Source: an uncultured Actinomycetes bacterium (GTDB lineage: Bacteria; Actinomycetota; Acidimicrobiia; Acidimicrobiales; RAAP-2). From it: 64,000 nt of DNA. A program made the translations under genes and the position numbers. Position 1 is the stretch's first letter. Every line of letters begins with the position of its first letter. Below, piece by piece: positions 34,273-43,498 of this stretch. The notes below the pieces were generated by a model, which was not told where the DNA came from, searched no databases, and saw nothing but the letters and a program-made list of their open reading frames with translations. The stretch is from the NCBI GenBank assembly GCA_903875425.1, contig CAIQWC010000043.1, positions 2,354 through 66,353 on the forward strand. Direction: 5' to 3'.

Positions 34273-35619
34273 CTAGGAAATGGTGGGCAAGGTCATGCGC
34301 AGGTGGGCGCCACCACCGGGAACATTGAATGCCTCAATGGATCCGTTTTCGTCCTCGACGACCTCAGCGACGATCGAGAGGCCCAGCCCTGAACCCGGCA
34401 GTGCACGCGCCTCGTCTGATCGGTAGAAGCGGTCGAAGATTCTAGTGAGATCCGTTTCTTTGATACCCGGTCCTTGGTCGATAACGTCCAACACACCATG
34501 TGACAAGGTGACGCGGACGGTTGCGTTATCAGGTGAGAACTTAAGGGCATTGGAAAACAAGTTGGAGATCGCGCGGTGAACACGGTCTCGGTGAATAAAC
34601 ACTTTGGTCGGCTCTAGGTCAGCGTCGAAGGAGATCCCTCGTGCTCGGCCATGGGCGTTAAAGACGTCGACGAGCAACTGAACCATTTCATCGAGATCTT
34701 CCGAGGTCAATATCGAATCTGTCTTGCCCGATCTAGCCAGTTCCGTGATGTCTCCGAGCAGACTGGTCATTTCATCGACCTGCGTCATCACGTCATTGAG
34801 GAGCTGGCGGCGATCATCTTCGCTCAGGCGATCGAACTGTTGGAGCACCTGGGCGTTGGTGCGCATCGACGTCAGTGGTGTACGTAGTTCGTGGCTGGCA
34901 TCGAGGACAAGCTGGCGTTGTTGGATTTGACTTCGGTCAAGTGCCGCGAGCATACGGTTGAAGCTACGTCGGAGACTACCGAGTTCGTCTTTGCCACCCT
35001 CTTCGAGCCGCTGGGTGACGTCAGTGGTTTCCGCTAGTACCTCTATGCCTTCGGTCACATCATTGAGCGGCCGGATAACGAGTCGAGCAACCAGCCAACC
35101 GAAGAAGGCGGCCAGTAAGGTGCCGAGAATTGCGACTCCAAGAAGGGCAATTTCTAAGCGACGGAGCTGATGATCGATGCCGTTGAGCGGTACGGCTAGT
35201 TGCATGACGCCTGTAGTCGTGAGTTGCATACCCTCTTGCTCTTGGTTGATCATTTGCCCAGCGGGTAATGGGATAAGCAGTTCTCGATAGTAAGCACCGT
35301 GGATGGTAACGGTGACATAGACCTCATCGCGGAGGCCATCAGCTACTGATTTAGTAACGGGACCAACGGGGAGTCTGCCAAACGGTGATGACGTCACAAC
35401 GGCGCCACTGGCATCAGCTACTTGGAAGATGGCACCGCCGAGCCCATCAGTGTTGATCTCCGTGGCGCGAGTGATCTGCGTGGCCAATGCCGAGAGAGAA
35501 TCGTCAGCCGACGATACGAGTGAGTTGCGTGCGACGTACCAGGCTCCCGCGCAGGCCACAATCACGGCAAAGGCAACCGCCAGAGAGGTGGCAACAATAA
35601 TTCGGAGTCGAAACGTCAC
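34273..35619 (-). CDS. Sensor histidine kinase (two TM segments, HAMP, HisKA, HATPase_c)
   Basis: H-box [12 protein letters not shown]-box [14 protein letters not shown]1 DQGPGI and G2 GSGLGLSIV. It overlaps the response-regulator stop. Confidence 0.85.
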   Translation of the reverse strand: MTFRLRIIVATSLAVAFAVIVACAGAWYVARNSLVSSADDSLSALATQITRATEINTDGLGGAIFQVADASGAVVTSSPFGRLPVGPVTKSVADGLRDEVYVTVTIHGAYYRELLIPLPAGQMINQEQEGMQLTTTGVMQLAVPLNGIDHQLRRLEIALLGVAILGTLLAAFFGWLVARLVIRPLNDVTEGIEVLAETTDVTQRLEEGGKDELGSLRRSFNRMLAALDRSQIQQRQLVLDASHELRTPLTSMRTNAQVLQQFDRLSEDDRRQLLNDVMTQVDEMTSLLGDITELARSGKTDSILTSEDLDEMVQLLVDVFNAHGRARGISFDADLEPTKVFIHRDRVHRAISNLFSNALKFSPDNATVRVTLSHGVLDVIDQGPGIKETDLTRIFDRFYRSDEARALPGSGLGLSIVAEVVEDENGSIEAFNVPGGGAHLRMTLPTIS

Positions 35620-36290
35620 GACTCGCGCAGTGAGTAGCCGATGCCGCGGACTGTCTGGATAAGACGTGCGTCACCGTTATCTTCGAGTTTGCGGCGAAGG
35701 TAGCCCACGTATACAGCGAGCGAATTAGTACCTGAATCAAAGTCGTATCCCCAGACACGATCAAGAATCTGTTCACGGGTCAGTACCTGCCGCGGGTTCT
35801 CTAAGAACATTTCAAGGAGATCGAATTCGATTTTGGTAAGCGGAAATGATCGATCGCCCCGCTTGGCTTCGCGGGTGGCCACATCTAAGGATAAGTCCTC
35901 AAAGCGAAGAAGCTCAGCGCTGGCGCCGGCCATGCGACGGCGGAGTAACGCACGCAGTCGAGCGAAGAGCTCGGCTAGGTCAAAAGGCTTGGGCATGTAG
36001 TCGTCTGCTCCCGCATCGAGCCCCTCAACGCGATCGTCAACGGCGCCTCGGGCGGTCAGCATCAACACGGGTGTCATATCGCCGAGAGAACGTAAGCGGC
36101 GACAAACCTCAAGGCCGTCGATGTCGGGCATTTGGAGGTCAAGAATGACGGCATCAGGCGCTCGCTGACTCAAGATGCGTAAGGCCTCGGTGCCGTTAGC
36201 TGCGAGGTCGACCTCATAGCCCTCGAGAACGAGGGCGCGTCGCAGAGAATCTCGAACTGCTTGGTCATCATCAACGACGAGAATGTTCAC
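35616..36290 (-). CDS. OmpR/PhoB-family response regulator
   Basis: Receiver domain [16 protein letters not shown]...[11 protein letters not shown]...LTARG. Winged-helix output [33 protein letters not shown]. Confidence 0.9.
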   Translation of the reverse strand: MNILVVDDDQAVRDSLRRALVLEGYEVDLAANGTEALRILSQRAPDAVILDLQMPDIDGLEVCRRLRSLGDMTPVLMLTARGAVDDRVEGLDAGADDYMPKPFDLAELFARLRALLRRRMAGASAELLRFEDLSLDVATREAKRGDRSFPLTKIEFDLLEMFLENPRQVLTREQILDRVWGYDFDSGTNSLAVYVGYLRRKLEDNGDARLIQTVRGIGYSLRES

Positions 36291-36430
36291 CGCACGACTC
36301 CTTACCTAGATATAAGCCCGAGGCTAACGGTGTCGGGGCCCTAAGGTTCTCGGTCTTCAGAAGTTCTTAAGCACCTTGTTCCGAGGAGCCTTTGATTATC
36401 CTAGGGTTGTGGGCGCTGTTACAGCGTCAT

Positions 36431-36503
36431 TCGCGGGTAGTTCAATTGGCAGAACAACGGACTTTGAATCCGTACGTTGGAGGTTCGAGTCCTCCCCCGC
36501 GAG
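36431..36503 (+). tRNA. tRNA-Gln (anticodon UUG)
   Basis: Cloverleaf folded by hand. Acceptor TCGCGGG/CCCGCGA (U1-A72), D arm GTTC-AATTGGCA-GAAC, anticodon arm ACGGA-CTTTGAA-TCCGT, T arm GGAGG-TTCGAGT-CCTCC, discriminator G. No encoded CCA. Confidence 0.9.
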
Positions 36504-36549
36504 CGTTTTGTTCCCGGATCTCGTTGGCCACCGGGGGAGAGGTGCATCA

Positions 36550-37644
36550 ATGGGTTCGGTTGCTACGGGCGGACAGCTTGGGGCTGTCATTCTCGCCGCG
36601 GGTGAAGGAACTCGGATGCAATCGCAAATCCCTAAACCGCTCCATGACCTATGCGGGCGAGCCATGGTGCTCCATATTCTCGACGCACTTGCCCCCTTGG
36701 ACGTGGACCGAGTCGTCATCGTCGTCGGTTACCAAGCCGAACGGGTTTGTGCCGCGATAGAGGCGGGAGCTCCCGCTGGCCTTGAACTTCGATTTGTCCA
36801 CCAAGCCGAGCAACGGGGGACCGGGGACGCGGTGCGCCTCGCGTTGGACGCGTTTGATCATTTTCAAGAAAGTGACGACGTTCTCGTTATTCCGGCAGAT
36901 ACACCATTGCTCACCACGGCTACGTTGGTCGCGCTTGTTCGTAGTCACCGCCGCATCGATAAAGCTGTGACTCTACTGAGCGCTACGGTTGCAAATCCGA
37001 CGGGCTACGGCAGAATATTACGGGCGAGCGATGGCCGAATCAGAGGCATTGTGGAGCAGGCCGATGCCAGCCGAGAAGAGCAAGATATCCGCGAGATTAA
37101 TACGTCGATTTACTGCTTCCGGGCTCCGCTCCTTGGTCCGGCGCTGAGGAGGATATCGGCTGGCAACGCCCAAGGTGAGTTGTACCTCACTGACGTCGTT
37201 GGTGTCCTCTTCGATGCCGGCTACCAGACCGATTCGCTCGTCGCCGAGGAACACGAAGTTGCAGGCGTCAATGACCGCACGCAACTTGCTTTCGCGCAAA
37301 GCGTGATGCGTCGCCGAATTGTGTCGGCGTGGCTCGCAAGAGGTATCGCGATGCAGGATCCTGAACGAACCACGATTGATGCTGGCGTGCACCTTCACGC
37401 CGATACACAGCTTCTCGCTGGGACCATGCTGCACGGCAGCACGGTGGTTGGTAGTAGATGCGTCATTGGGCCTAACGCGGTAGTGATGGATGCAATCATC
37501 GGGGATGACGTGGTCATCGAGTCTGCTCGCATAGAGCGAGCCACGATTCATAACGCCGCAAGGGTGGGGTCCTACAGCGTGGTGGGGCCCGGTGCGGTGA
37601 TTGCTGCGGGTGAGGTCGTCGCGCCATTGCGCTCCTTACCCTGA
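36550..37644 (+). CDS. glmU: GlmU-like UDP-N-acetylglucosamine pyrophosphorylase with a truncated left-handed beta-helix domain (365 aa)
   Basis: ATG 36550 lies behind GGGGGAGAGG. The N-terminus is GAVILAAGEGTRMQSQIPKPLH. Hexapeptide repeats occur from about residue 260 of the 365-aa protein, but the ORF stops after roughly 100 aa of beta-helix. It sits between tRNA-Gln and prs. The track ORF start (36376) runs through the tRNA and is rejected. Confidence 0.75.
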   Translation: MGSVATGGQLGAVILAAGEGTRMQSQIPKPLHDLCGRAMVLHILDALAPLDVDRVVIVVGYQAERVCAAIEAGAPAGLELRFVHQAEQRGTGDAVRLALDAFDHFQESDDVLVIPADTPLLTTATLVALVRSHRRIDKAVTLLSATVANPTGYGRILRASDGRIRGIVEQADASREEQDIREINTSIYCFRAPLLGPALRRISAGNAQGELYLTDVVGVLFDAGYQTDSLVAEEHEVAGVNDRTQLAFAQSVMRRRIVSAWLARGIAMQDPERTTIDAGVHLHADTQLLAGTMLHGSTVVGSRCVIGPNAVVMDAIIGDDVVIESARIERATIHNAARVGSYSVVGPGAVIAAGEVVAPLRSLP

Positions 37645-37705
37645 GGTCGCCCAAAGCTCCCGGCGCCAAGGGGTCTCGTTCCTTGCTAGCGTTCCCTGCG
37701 TGGAG

Positions 37706-38671
37706 ATGATTCCGACTCGCCGAATGATCCTGGCCGCTGGCCGTTCGCACCCCGAGTTGAGCGCGAAAATCGCCGCCCACCTTGGCGTCGAGCTCTCAGA
37801 GCCGAACTTAAAGGAATTTGCTAACGGAGAAATCCACTGTCGCTTCGACACCTCGCTTCGTGGCTCAGACGTCTTCTTGATTCAGACACACTGTGAATCG
37901 GTGAATGACTCCATCATGGAGCAGCTCATTATGATTGACGCGGCCAAGCGGGCCTCAGCGAAGCGGATTACTGCGGTGTGCCCTTCGTATGGCTACTCCC
38001 GACAAGATCGCAAATCAACGGGTCGTGAGCCAATCACGGCGAAGTTAGTGGCCGACATGCTTCAAGCAGCTGGTGTCGACCGAGTGATGTCGGTTGACCT
38101 TCACTCTGGTCAAATTCAAGGATTCTTTAACGTTCCCGTGGATCACCTCACGGCCAGTCCAATCATTGAGTCCTACCTTCGTGACAACGTCACCGGTGAC
38201 CTCGTTATCGTCTCGCCTGATGCCGGTCGGGTGAAGGTGGCGGAACGCTACGCCAAGCACTTGGGGGCTGATCTAGCTCTGGTACATAAAACCCGACCTC
38301 GCGGCACCGTCAACCAAGTTGAAGCCTTGCACGTGGTCGGTGAGGTCGAAGGTCGTCATTGCGTAGTGATCGACGACATGATCGATACTGCGGGCACTAT
38401 TTGTGCAGCTGGAGACCTATTGATGAAGTCGGGCGCCAAGGAGATTTGGGCCATGGCGACGCATCCCATCCTCTCGGATCCGGCCGCTGAGCGCTTAAAG
38501 CATTCGGCTTTCTCGCGGGTCGTGGTTACCGATACCCTCCCCATTATCCAAGAGCGTCGCTTTGATGGCCTTGAAATCTTGACCGTCGCCGACGTAATTG
38601 CCCAAGGAATTGACGCGGTGTTCGAGGATAATTCGGTTTCTGAGATCTTCGGTGGCGAAAACCTCGATTAG
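37706..38671 (+). CDS. prs: Ribose-phosphate diphosphokinase
   Basis: FANGEIHCRF, YGYSRQDRK, DLHSGQIQGFF and VVIDDMIDTAGT. Start is ATG 37706 (GTG 37700 or ATG 37724 are possible). Confidence 0.9.
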   Translation: MIPTRRMILAAGRSHPELSAKIAAHLGVELSEPNLKEFANGEIHCRFDTSLRGSDVFLIQTHCESVNDSIMEQLIMIDAAKRASAKRITAVCPSYGYSRQDRKSTGREPITAKLVADMLQAAGVDRVMSVDLHSGQIQGFFNVPVDHLTASPIIESYLRDNVTGDLVIVSPDAGRVKVAERYAKHLGADLALVHKTRPRGTVNQVEALHVVGEVEGRHCVVIDDMIDTAGTICAAGDLLMKSGAKEIWAMATHPILSDPAAERLKHSAFSRVVVTDTLPIIQERRFDGLEILTVADVIAQGIDAVFEDNSVSEIFGGENLD

Positions 38672-38769
38672 GGGTCGGTGGAAGGACCCCTGCTGACGCA
38701 CTAACATGGGACCCCCGTCCGGAGCCTCATGGCTTTGACGAAATCTGCGTGCCAAGGAGCAAGCTCGAA

Positions 38770-39384
38770 ATGTCCGAGATCACCCTCATTGCCAAAACCA
38801 ACCGCGAGACCGGGACGCGCGCTACGCGCCGCCTGCGTCGCGAAGGCCTCATCCCCGCCGTCGTCTACGGACACGGTATGGACCCTGTCTCCGTTGCCGT
38901 CGACGGTCCAGACCTACGCGTCGCCCTCAATGGCGAAGCCGGCCTGAACCAACTCATCGAACTCAACGCGGACGGCAAGAACTACCTTGTCTTAGCCAAG
39001 GTGCTTCAGCGTCATCCCGTCCGTGGCACGCTCCAGCACGTTGACTTCCAGATCACGAGCAGAGACGAAACAGTCGTCGTAGACGTTCCGATCACCGTGA
39101 TTGGCGATGCGGTTGAAGTTCGTCACGCCGGTGGCGCGATTGACCAGATGGTCTACACGATCACCGTTGCTGCTCGACCGGCCGATATTCCTACCAACGT
39201 TGATGTCGACATCTCACACTTGAAGCCTGGCGATATTTTCCGTATCGCTGATCTCGTCTTACCGGCTGGCGTTGGTGCGGTCAGTGACCCTGAGACCGCC
39301 ATCGCCATTGCCCACGGAGCCCGCGCTGAAGAAGTTGAGACCGCTGGCGAGCCCGTCGAGGCGGCTGAGACCGCCGCGGAGTAA
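38770..39384 (+). CDS. rplY: 50S ribosomal protein L25/general stress protein Ctc
   Basis: GTRATRRLRREGLIPAVVYGHG and LQHVDFQ, with an acidic C-terminal tail. ATG 38770 lies 10 nt after AAGGAG. Confidence 0.85.
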   Translation: MSEITLIAKTNRETGTRATRRLRREGLIPAVVYGHGMDPVSVAVDGPDLRVALNGEAGLNQLIELNADGKNYLVLAKVLQRHPVRGTLQHVDFQITSRDETVVVDVPITVIGDAVEVRHAGGAIDQMVYTITVAARPADIPTNVDVDISHLKPGDIFRIADLVLPAGVGAVSDPETAIAIAHGARAEEVETAGEPVEAAETAAE

Positions 39385-39392
39385 TTTAAGTC

Positions 39393-40013
39393 ATGGCGCT
39401 GCGCCGGAGAGGCGCTGAAGAGCGCCAGGGGGACCCCGTCGACCTCTTGGTCGTCGGACTCGGCAACCCCGGTAAGGAATACGAAGGCACCCGGCACAAC
39501 GTCGGAGCCATGACGGTAGAGCAACTCTGCCGCGAACATGGGGCTGTGCTGAAGGTCGAACCTCGTCAACGAGCCGCCCTCGCCATCATTCGTTTAGGCG
39601 ACGCCAAGGTCGCTGTGAGTATCCCCACCACCTACATGAATGAATCGGGAGCAGCGCTCCCAGGATTACTCAAGCGCGTGGGAGTGAGCGACCCGGCGCA
39701 CATCTTGGTTATCCATGATGAGCTTGATCTCGATGCGGGGCGCTTGCAGCTCAAAGCCGGAGGTGGGATTGCTGGCCACAATGGTTTACGTTCCATCAAA
39801 GCGGTCGTCGGAACTGCTGAATTTTTGAGGCTACGTATTGGTGTTGGGAGACCCCCTTCTCGAGAAGCAGGTGCTACTTGGGTGCTATCTCGGGCGAGAG
39901 GTAGCGATCTCGTGGCGATAACGGCGGGTATCAGTGCCGCCTGCGAGGCAGTCGAGCTTGTGGTGTCTCAAGGCCTGGAGCGAGCAATGACGTCGGTTAA
40001 TACTCGTGGCTGA
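39393..40013 (+). CDS. pth: Aminoacyl-tRNA (peptidyl-tRNA) hydrolase
   Basis: LVVGLGNPGKEYEGTRHNVG, YMNESG and GHNGLRS. The true start may be downstream of 39393. Confidence 0.9.
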   Translation: MALRRRGAEERQGDPVDLLVVGLGNPGKEYEGTRHNVGAMTVEQLCREHGAVLKVEPRQRAALAIIRLGDAKVAVSIPTTYMNESGAALPGLLKRVGVSDPAHILVIHDELDLDAGRLQLKAGGGIAGHNGLRSIKAVVGTAEFLRLRIGVGRPPSREAGATWVLSRARGSDLVAITAGISAACEAVELVVSQGLERAMTSVNTRG

Positions 40014-43000
40014 TGCCCCCCTTGGTCTCTTAGCAAAACGAATCGCCAGCAGCGAAGCCATACGTCGCGTTGCGGGAAACGACGGTGCCACGCTCAGCGT
40101 CGCGAGCCAAGCTCAGGCCATCGCGATCGCCGGTCTTAGCCTGGCGAGCGAGGCGAGCTTGTTGGTGGTGTGCGTGACGCAAGCAGACGCCGAAGTGCTC
40201 GCGCATGATCTCAAAGGTTTCCTCGGGGAGGATTCGGGTAGGACCCATGGCCTCAGTGATGCTGCGGTGGCCGTGTTGCCAGCGTGGGATACCCTGCCCT
40301 TCGAGCGGGTGAGTCCCGACGTGGCAACCATGGGGGAGCGCCTCGAGACTCGGCTTCGTATCGAGGGCGATGAAGCGCCAAGCGTGGTGGTGACCTCTAT
40401 GCGCGGAGCCTTACAACTCCTTCCCCACGAAGCGGTGGTGGCGCGGCGCCTCACGAAGGGAACACGCCTTGAGCTTGAAGAGATGGCGACGTGGCTCGTA
40501 GAGCACGGGTATCGTCGAGAGCCCCAAGTTGAACACCGTGGAGAATTCTCTATTCGCGGTGGCATTATCGACATCTTTAGTTCCTCCGCTTCCACACCCT
40601 TGCGCATCGATCTCTTTGGCGACGAGGTAGATCGGCTCTTTAGTTTTGATCCGGGAGATCAACGATCCCGCGACCTAATCCTCGAAGCGGTCATCTTGCC
40701 GGCTCGTGAATTTACTGCCACCCCTGCTATTCGTCAGCGGGCAAGCACGCTCGCTGAGTCGCAAGCGTGGGCAAGTAGCTCACTCCAGCGTCTTGTCGAG
40801 GGCCAGTGCTTCGATGGTATGGAAGGGTTCTTCGGACTCCTTGATCAGGATCGGATTACCGTGACCTCTCTGCTGGGACCACAAGCCAGCATCGTGCTCC
40901 TTGAGCCGACCCGGCTTCGGTCTCGAGCGCTTGAGTTGTTAGATGAAGAAAGGTCACTGGTTACGTCGCTCCTGGAGACCTGGGACGCAAAGGGAATTGA
41001 TACCGCGGCAGTAGGCCTTCACGCCGATCTCGATCAACTCCTGAGCACGAGCGACGCGGTAACGATTTCTATGCCGAGCGCGTCAGAGAATCCCAGTACG
41101 CCTCAGCTAAGTACCGGTTCAATTGAGGTTGTTGCGGGCGACGCCGGTCGTCTTGCTTCTCAAATTATTCGTTGGCGTGACAAAAACTTCCATGTCGTTG
41201 CTTCCGTAGCCACACCACGTTCGGCTGAGCGCTTCATAGAGGTCACCGCCGCCGAAGGAGTGACTGCGCTATCGAGGCAGCTTGTGCCGGCCGACGCTGA
41301 GGTCAGTGTCGTCGTCAGCGGGCTATCGCGCGGATTCGTGCTACCTGAACAAGGTATCGTGGTGCTCGCCGAGTCGGATATCACGGGAAGACGGAGTCCT
41401 CACCGGGCTCCTCGCCCCCGACCCAAGGTGACGACTGGGTTCTTCGATGACCTCGGTGTTGGTAGCTACGTCGTGCATCGCCAACACGGTATTGCTCGAT
41501 TCTCGGGGGTCACAACACGCACCGTGGGCGAAACGACACGCGAATACTTGATCCTCGAGTTCCGTGGCGGTGACCGTATTTACCTGCCGGTTGATCAGAT
41601 CGACATGATTACGCCCTATTCGGCAGGGGATGCGCCAACCTTGTCCAAGATGGGTGGGGCTGATTGGCACCGTACCCGAACCAAGGCTCGATCAGCCGCG
41701 TCAGAGGTTGCTGAAGAACTCGTCGCGCTCTATCGACAACGACTGCTCAGTCCGGGGTACGCATTCCAAGCCGACACACCATGGCAGGCGGAAATGGAAG
41801 CCGCCTTCCCCTACGAGGAAACCCCTGACCAACTCGAAGCCATTATCGCGGTCAAAGCGGACATGGAGGCCGAGCGACCCATGGACCGATTGGTGTGTGC
41901 TGACGTTGGTTTCGGTAAAACCGAGATCGCTGTTCGTGCGGCATTCAAGGCAGTACAAGAGGGTAAGCAAGTAGCGGTCTTGGTCCCAACGACCTTGCTT
42001 GCGAGCCAACATCACCAGGTGTTCTCGGAACGTTTTGGTGGGTATCCCATCACCGTTGCCATGTTGAGTCGCTTTTTGACCGACGTCGAGGCGAGGGAAG
42101 TTCGACAAGCCATGGCAGAAGGCACGGTAGACGTGGTGGTGGGTACCCATCGATTGCTGAGCGAAGATATTACGTTTAAAAACCTTGGTCTCTTGGTGGT
42201 AGACGAAGAACAACGCTTCGGCGTTAATCACAAAGAAGCGATTAAAGCGATGTCGGCTGGCGTCGACGTATTAACCCTGACGGCGAGTCCGATTCCGCGC
42301 ACTCTAGAGATGGCGTTGACGGGTATTCGAGACCTCTCCATGGTGACCACGCCGCCGGCAGATCGACGACCCATCCTTACCTTCGTAGGTGAGCGAGATG
42401 ATCGCGCAATCATTGAAGCCATTCGTCGTGAATTACTTCGTGATGGTCAGGTCTTCTTTGTCCATAATCGAGTCGCCGATATCGACAATGTCGCACGGCG
42501 AGTACGAGAACTCGTTCCTGAGGCTCGCGTAGCCGTTGCCCATGGACAAATGGACGAGGGCAGCCTAGAGCGAGTGGTCATGGACTTTGCCGATCATCAC
42601 GCCGATGTCCTGGTATGCACGACCATTGTTGAGAATGGGATTGACATGCCGACGGTTAATACCTTGATTGTGGATCGTGCCGACTTACTCGGTCTTGGCC
42701 AGCTCCACCAACTCCGTGGCCGGGTGGGGCGCAGTGGTCAGCGTGCGTATGCGTATCTCTTTCATCCTGCCGACATGGTGCTTTCGGAGACTGCCTATGA
42801 GCGCTTACGAACTATTGGTGAAGCAACGGAGTTGGGAAGTGGGTTCAAGATTGCGATGCGTGATCTTGAAATTAGAGGGGCGGGCAATTTGCTCGGTCGA
42901 GACCAGTCAGGACACGTAACCGCAGTTGGCTACGACCTCTACGTACAGATGGTGGCCGAAGCGGTAGCCGAGGCGAGGGGAGACTTCATACCCGAGGTGA

Positions 43001-43452
43001 TTAGCGTGTCGATCGATTTGCCGGGTGAGGCTCACCTGCCCGAGCACTACGTCAGCCAATCCGACGTTCGGATTGAGGCATACCGTCGTCTCTCGGCTGC
43101 GACCACCGATGAGCAAGTCGATGAGATGCGCGAAGAATGGCTTGACCGCTTCGGCCCCCTGCCAGAGGCCGCACAGGGTCTTCTCGACCTTGCGGCTTTG
43201 CGCGTGGCGTGCTTGCGTATCGGTATTCGCGAAATTAGTGTGCTGCCCGCCCGAGTTGGTGGGCGGGCCATTCCCTTGGCTAAAATTTCACCCGTCACGC
43301 TAAAAGCTTCTGCACAAATCAGGGCGCAGCGACTCGTCGGAGACCGTGCCTACGACGAGGAATCCAAGATGCTTCGGGTGGAACTTCGCCCCGAATGGGC
43401 GACGCCAGCTGGTCTCAGGGATCTTCTCGAGCGCCTCGTACCCCTTGGCTAG
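40006..43452 (+). CDS. mfd: Transcription-repair coupling factor
   Basis: 1148 aa. CarD/TRCF RNAP-interacting region (GSYVVHRQHGIARF), helicase motif I GFGKTEIAVRAAF, motif II VVDEEQRFG, and the later LRGRVGRS. Confidence 0.9.
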   Translation: MADAPLGLLAKRIASSEAIRRVAGNDGATLSVASQAQAIAIAGLSLASEASLLVVCVTQADAEVLAHDLKGFLGEDSGRTHGLSDAAVAVLPAWDTLPFERVSPDVATMGERLETRLRIEGDEAPSVVVTSMRGALQLLPHEAVVARRLTKGTRLELEEMATWLVEHGYRREPQVEHRGEFSIRGGIIDIFSSSASTPLRIDLFGDEVDRLFSFDPGDQRSRDLILEAVILPAREFTATPAIRQRASTLAESQAWASSSLQRLVEGQCFDGMEGFFGLLDQDRITVTSLLGPQASIVLLEPTRLRSRALELLDEERSLVTSLLETWDAKGIDTAAVGLHADLDQLLSTSDAVTISMPSASENPSTPQLSTGSIEVVAGDAGRLASQIIRWRDKNFHVVASVATPRSAERFIEVTAAEGVTALSRQLVPADAEVSVVVSGLSRGFVLPEQGIVVLAESDITGRRSPHRAPRPRPKVTTGFFDDLGVGSYVVHRQHGIARFSGVTTRTVGETTREYLILEFRGGDRIYLPVDQIDMITPYSAGDAPTLSKMGGADWHRTRTKARSAASEVAEELVALYRQRLLSPGYAFQADTPWQAEMEAAFPYEETPDQLEAIIAVKADMEAERPMDRLVCADVGFGKTEIAVRAAFKAVQEGKQVAVLVPTTLLASQHHQVFSERFGGYPITVAMLSRFLTDVEAREVRQAMAEGTVDVVVGTHRLLSEDITFKNLGLLVVDEEQRFGVNHKEAIKAMSAGVDVLTLTASPIPRTLEMALTGIRDLSMVTTPPADRRPILTFVGERDDRAIIEAIRRELLRDGQVFFVHNRVADIDNVARRVRELVPEARVAVAHGQMDEGSLERVVMDFADHHADVLVCTTIVENGIDMPTVNTLIVDRADLLGLGQLHQLRGRVGRSGQRAYAYLFHPADMVLSETAYERLRTIGEATELGSGFKIAMRDLEIRGAGNLLGRDQSGHVTAVGYDLYVQMVAEAVAEARGDFIPEVISVSIDLPGEAHLPEHYVSQSDVRIEAYRRLSAATTDEQVDEMREEWLDRFGPLPEAAQGLLDLAALRVACLRIGIREISVLPARVGGRAIPLAKISPVTLKASAQIRAQRLVGDRAYDEESKMLRVELRPEWATPAGLRDLLERLVPLG

Positions 43453-43498
43453 GTGGTGAATCAAGAGGCTCCGAGGGAACCTCTAGTATCGATCCATC

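Noticed and set aside
36376-36549. The N-terminal extension of the glmU ORF (track start 36376).
   Set aside because: It runs straight through the tRNA-Gln gene (36431-36503). A proper SD and ATG occur at 36550, immediately before the conserved GlmU N-terminus.
38671-38690. The hairpin GGGGTC-(8 nt)-GACCCC at the prs stop, as an intrinsic terminator or L25 leader element.
   Set aside because: No U-tract follows, and it may simply be chance GC pairing. The evidence is too weak to list as a feature.
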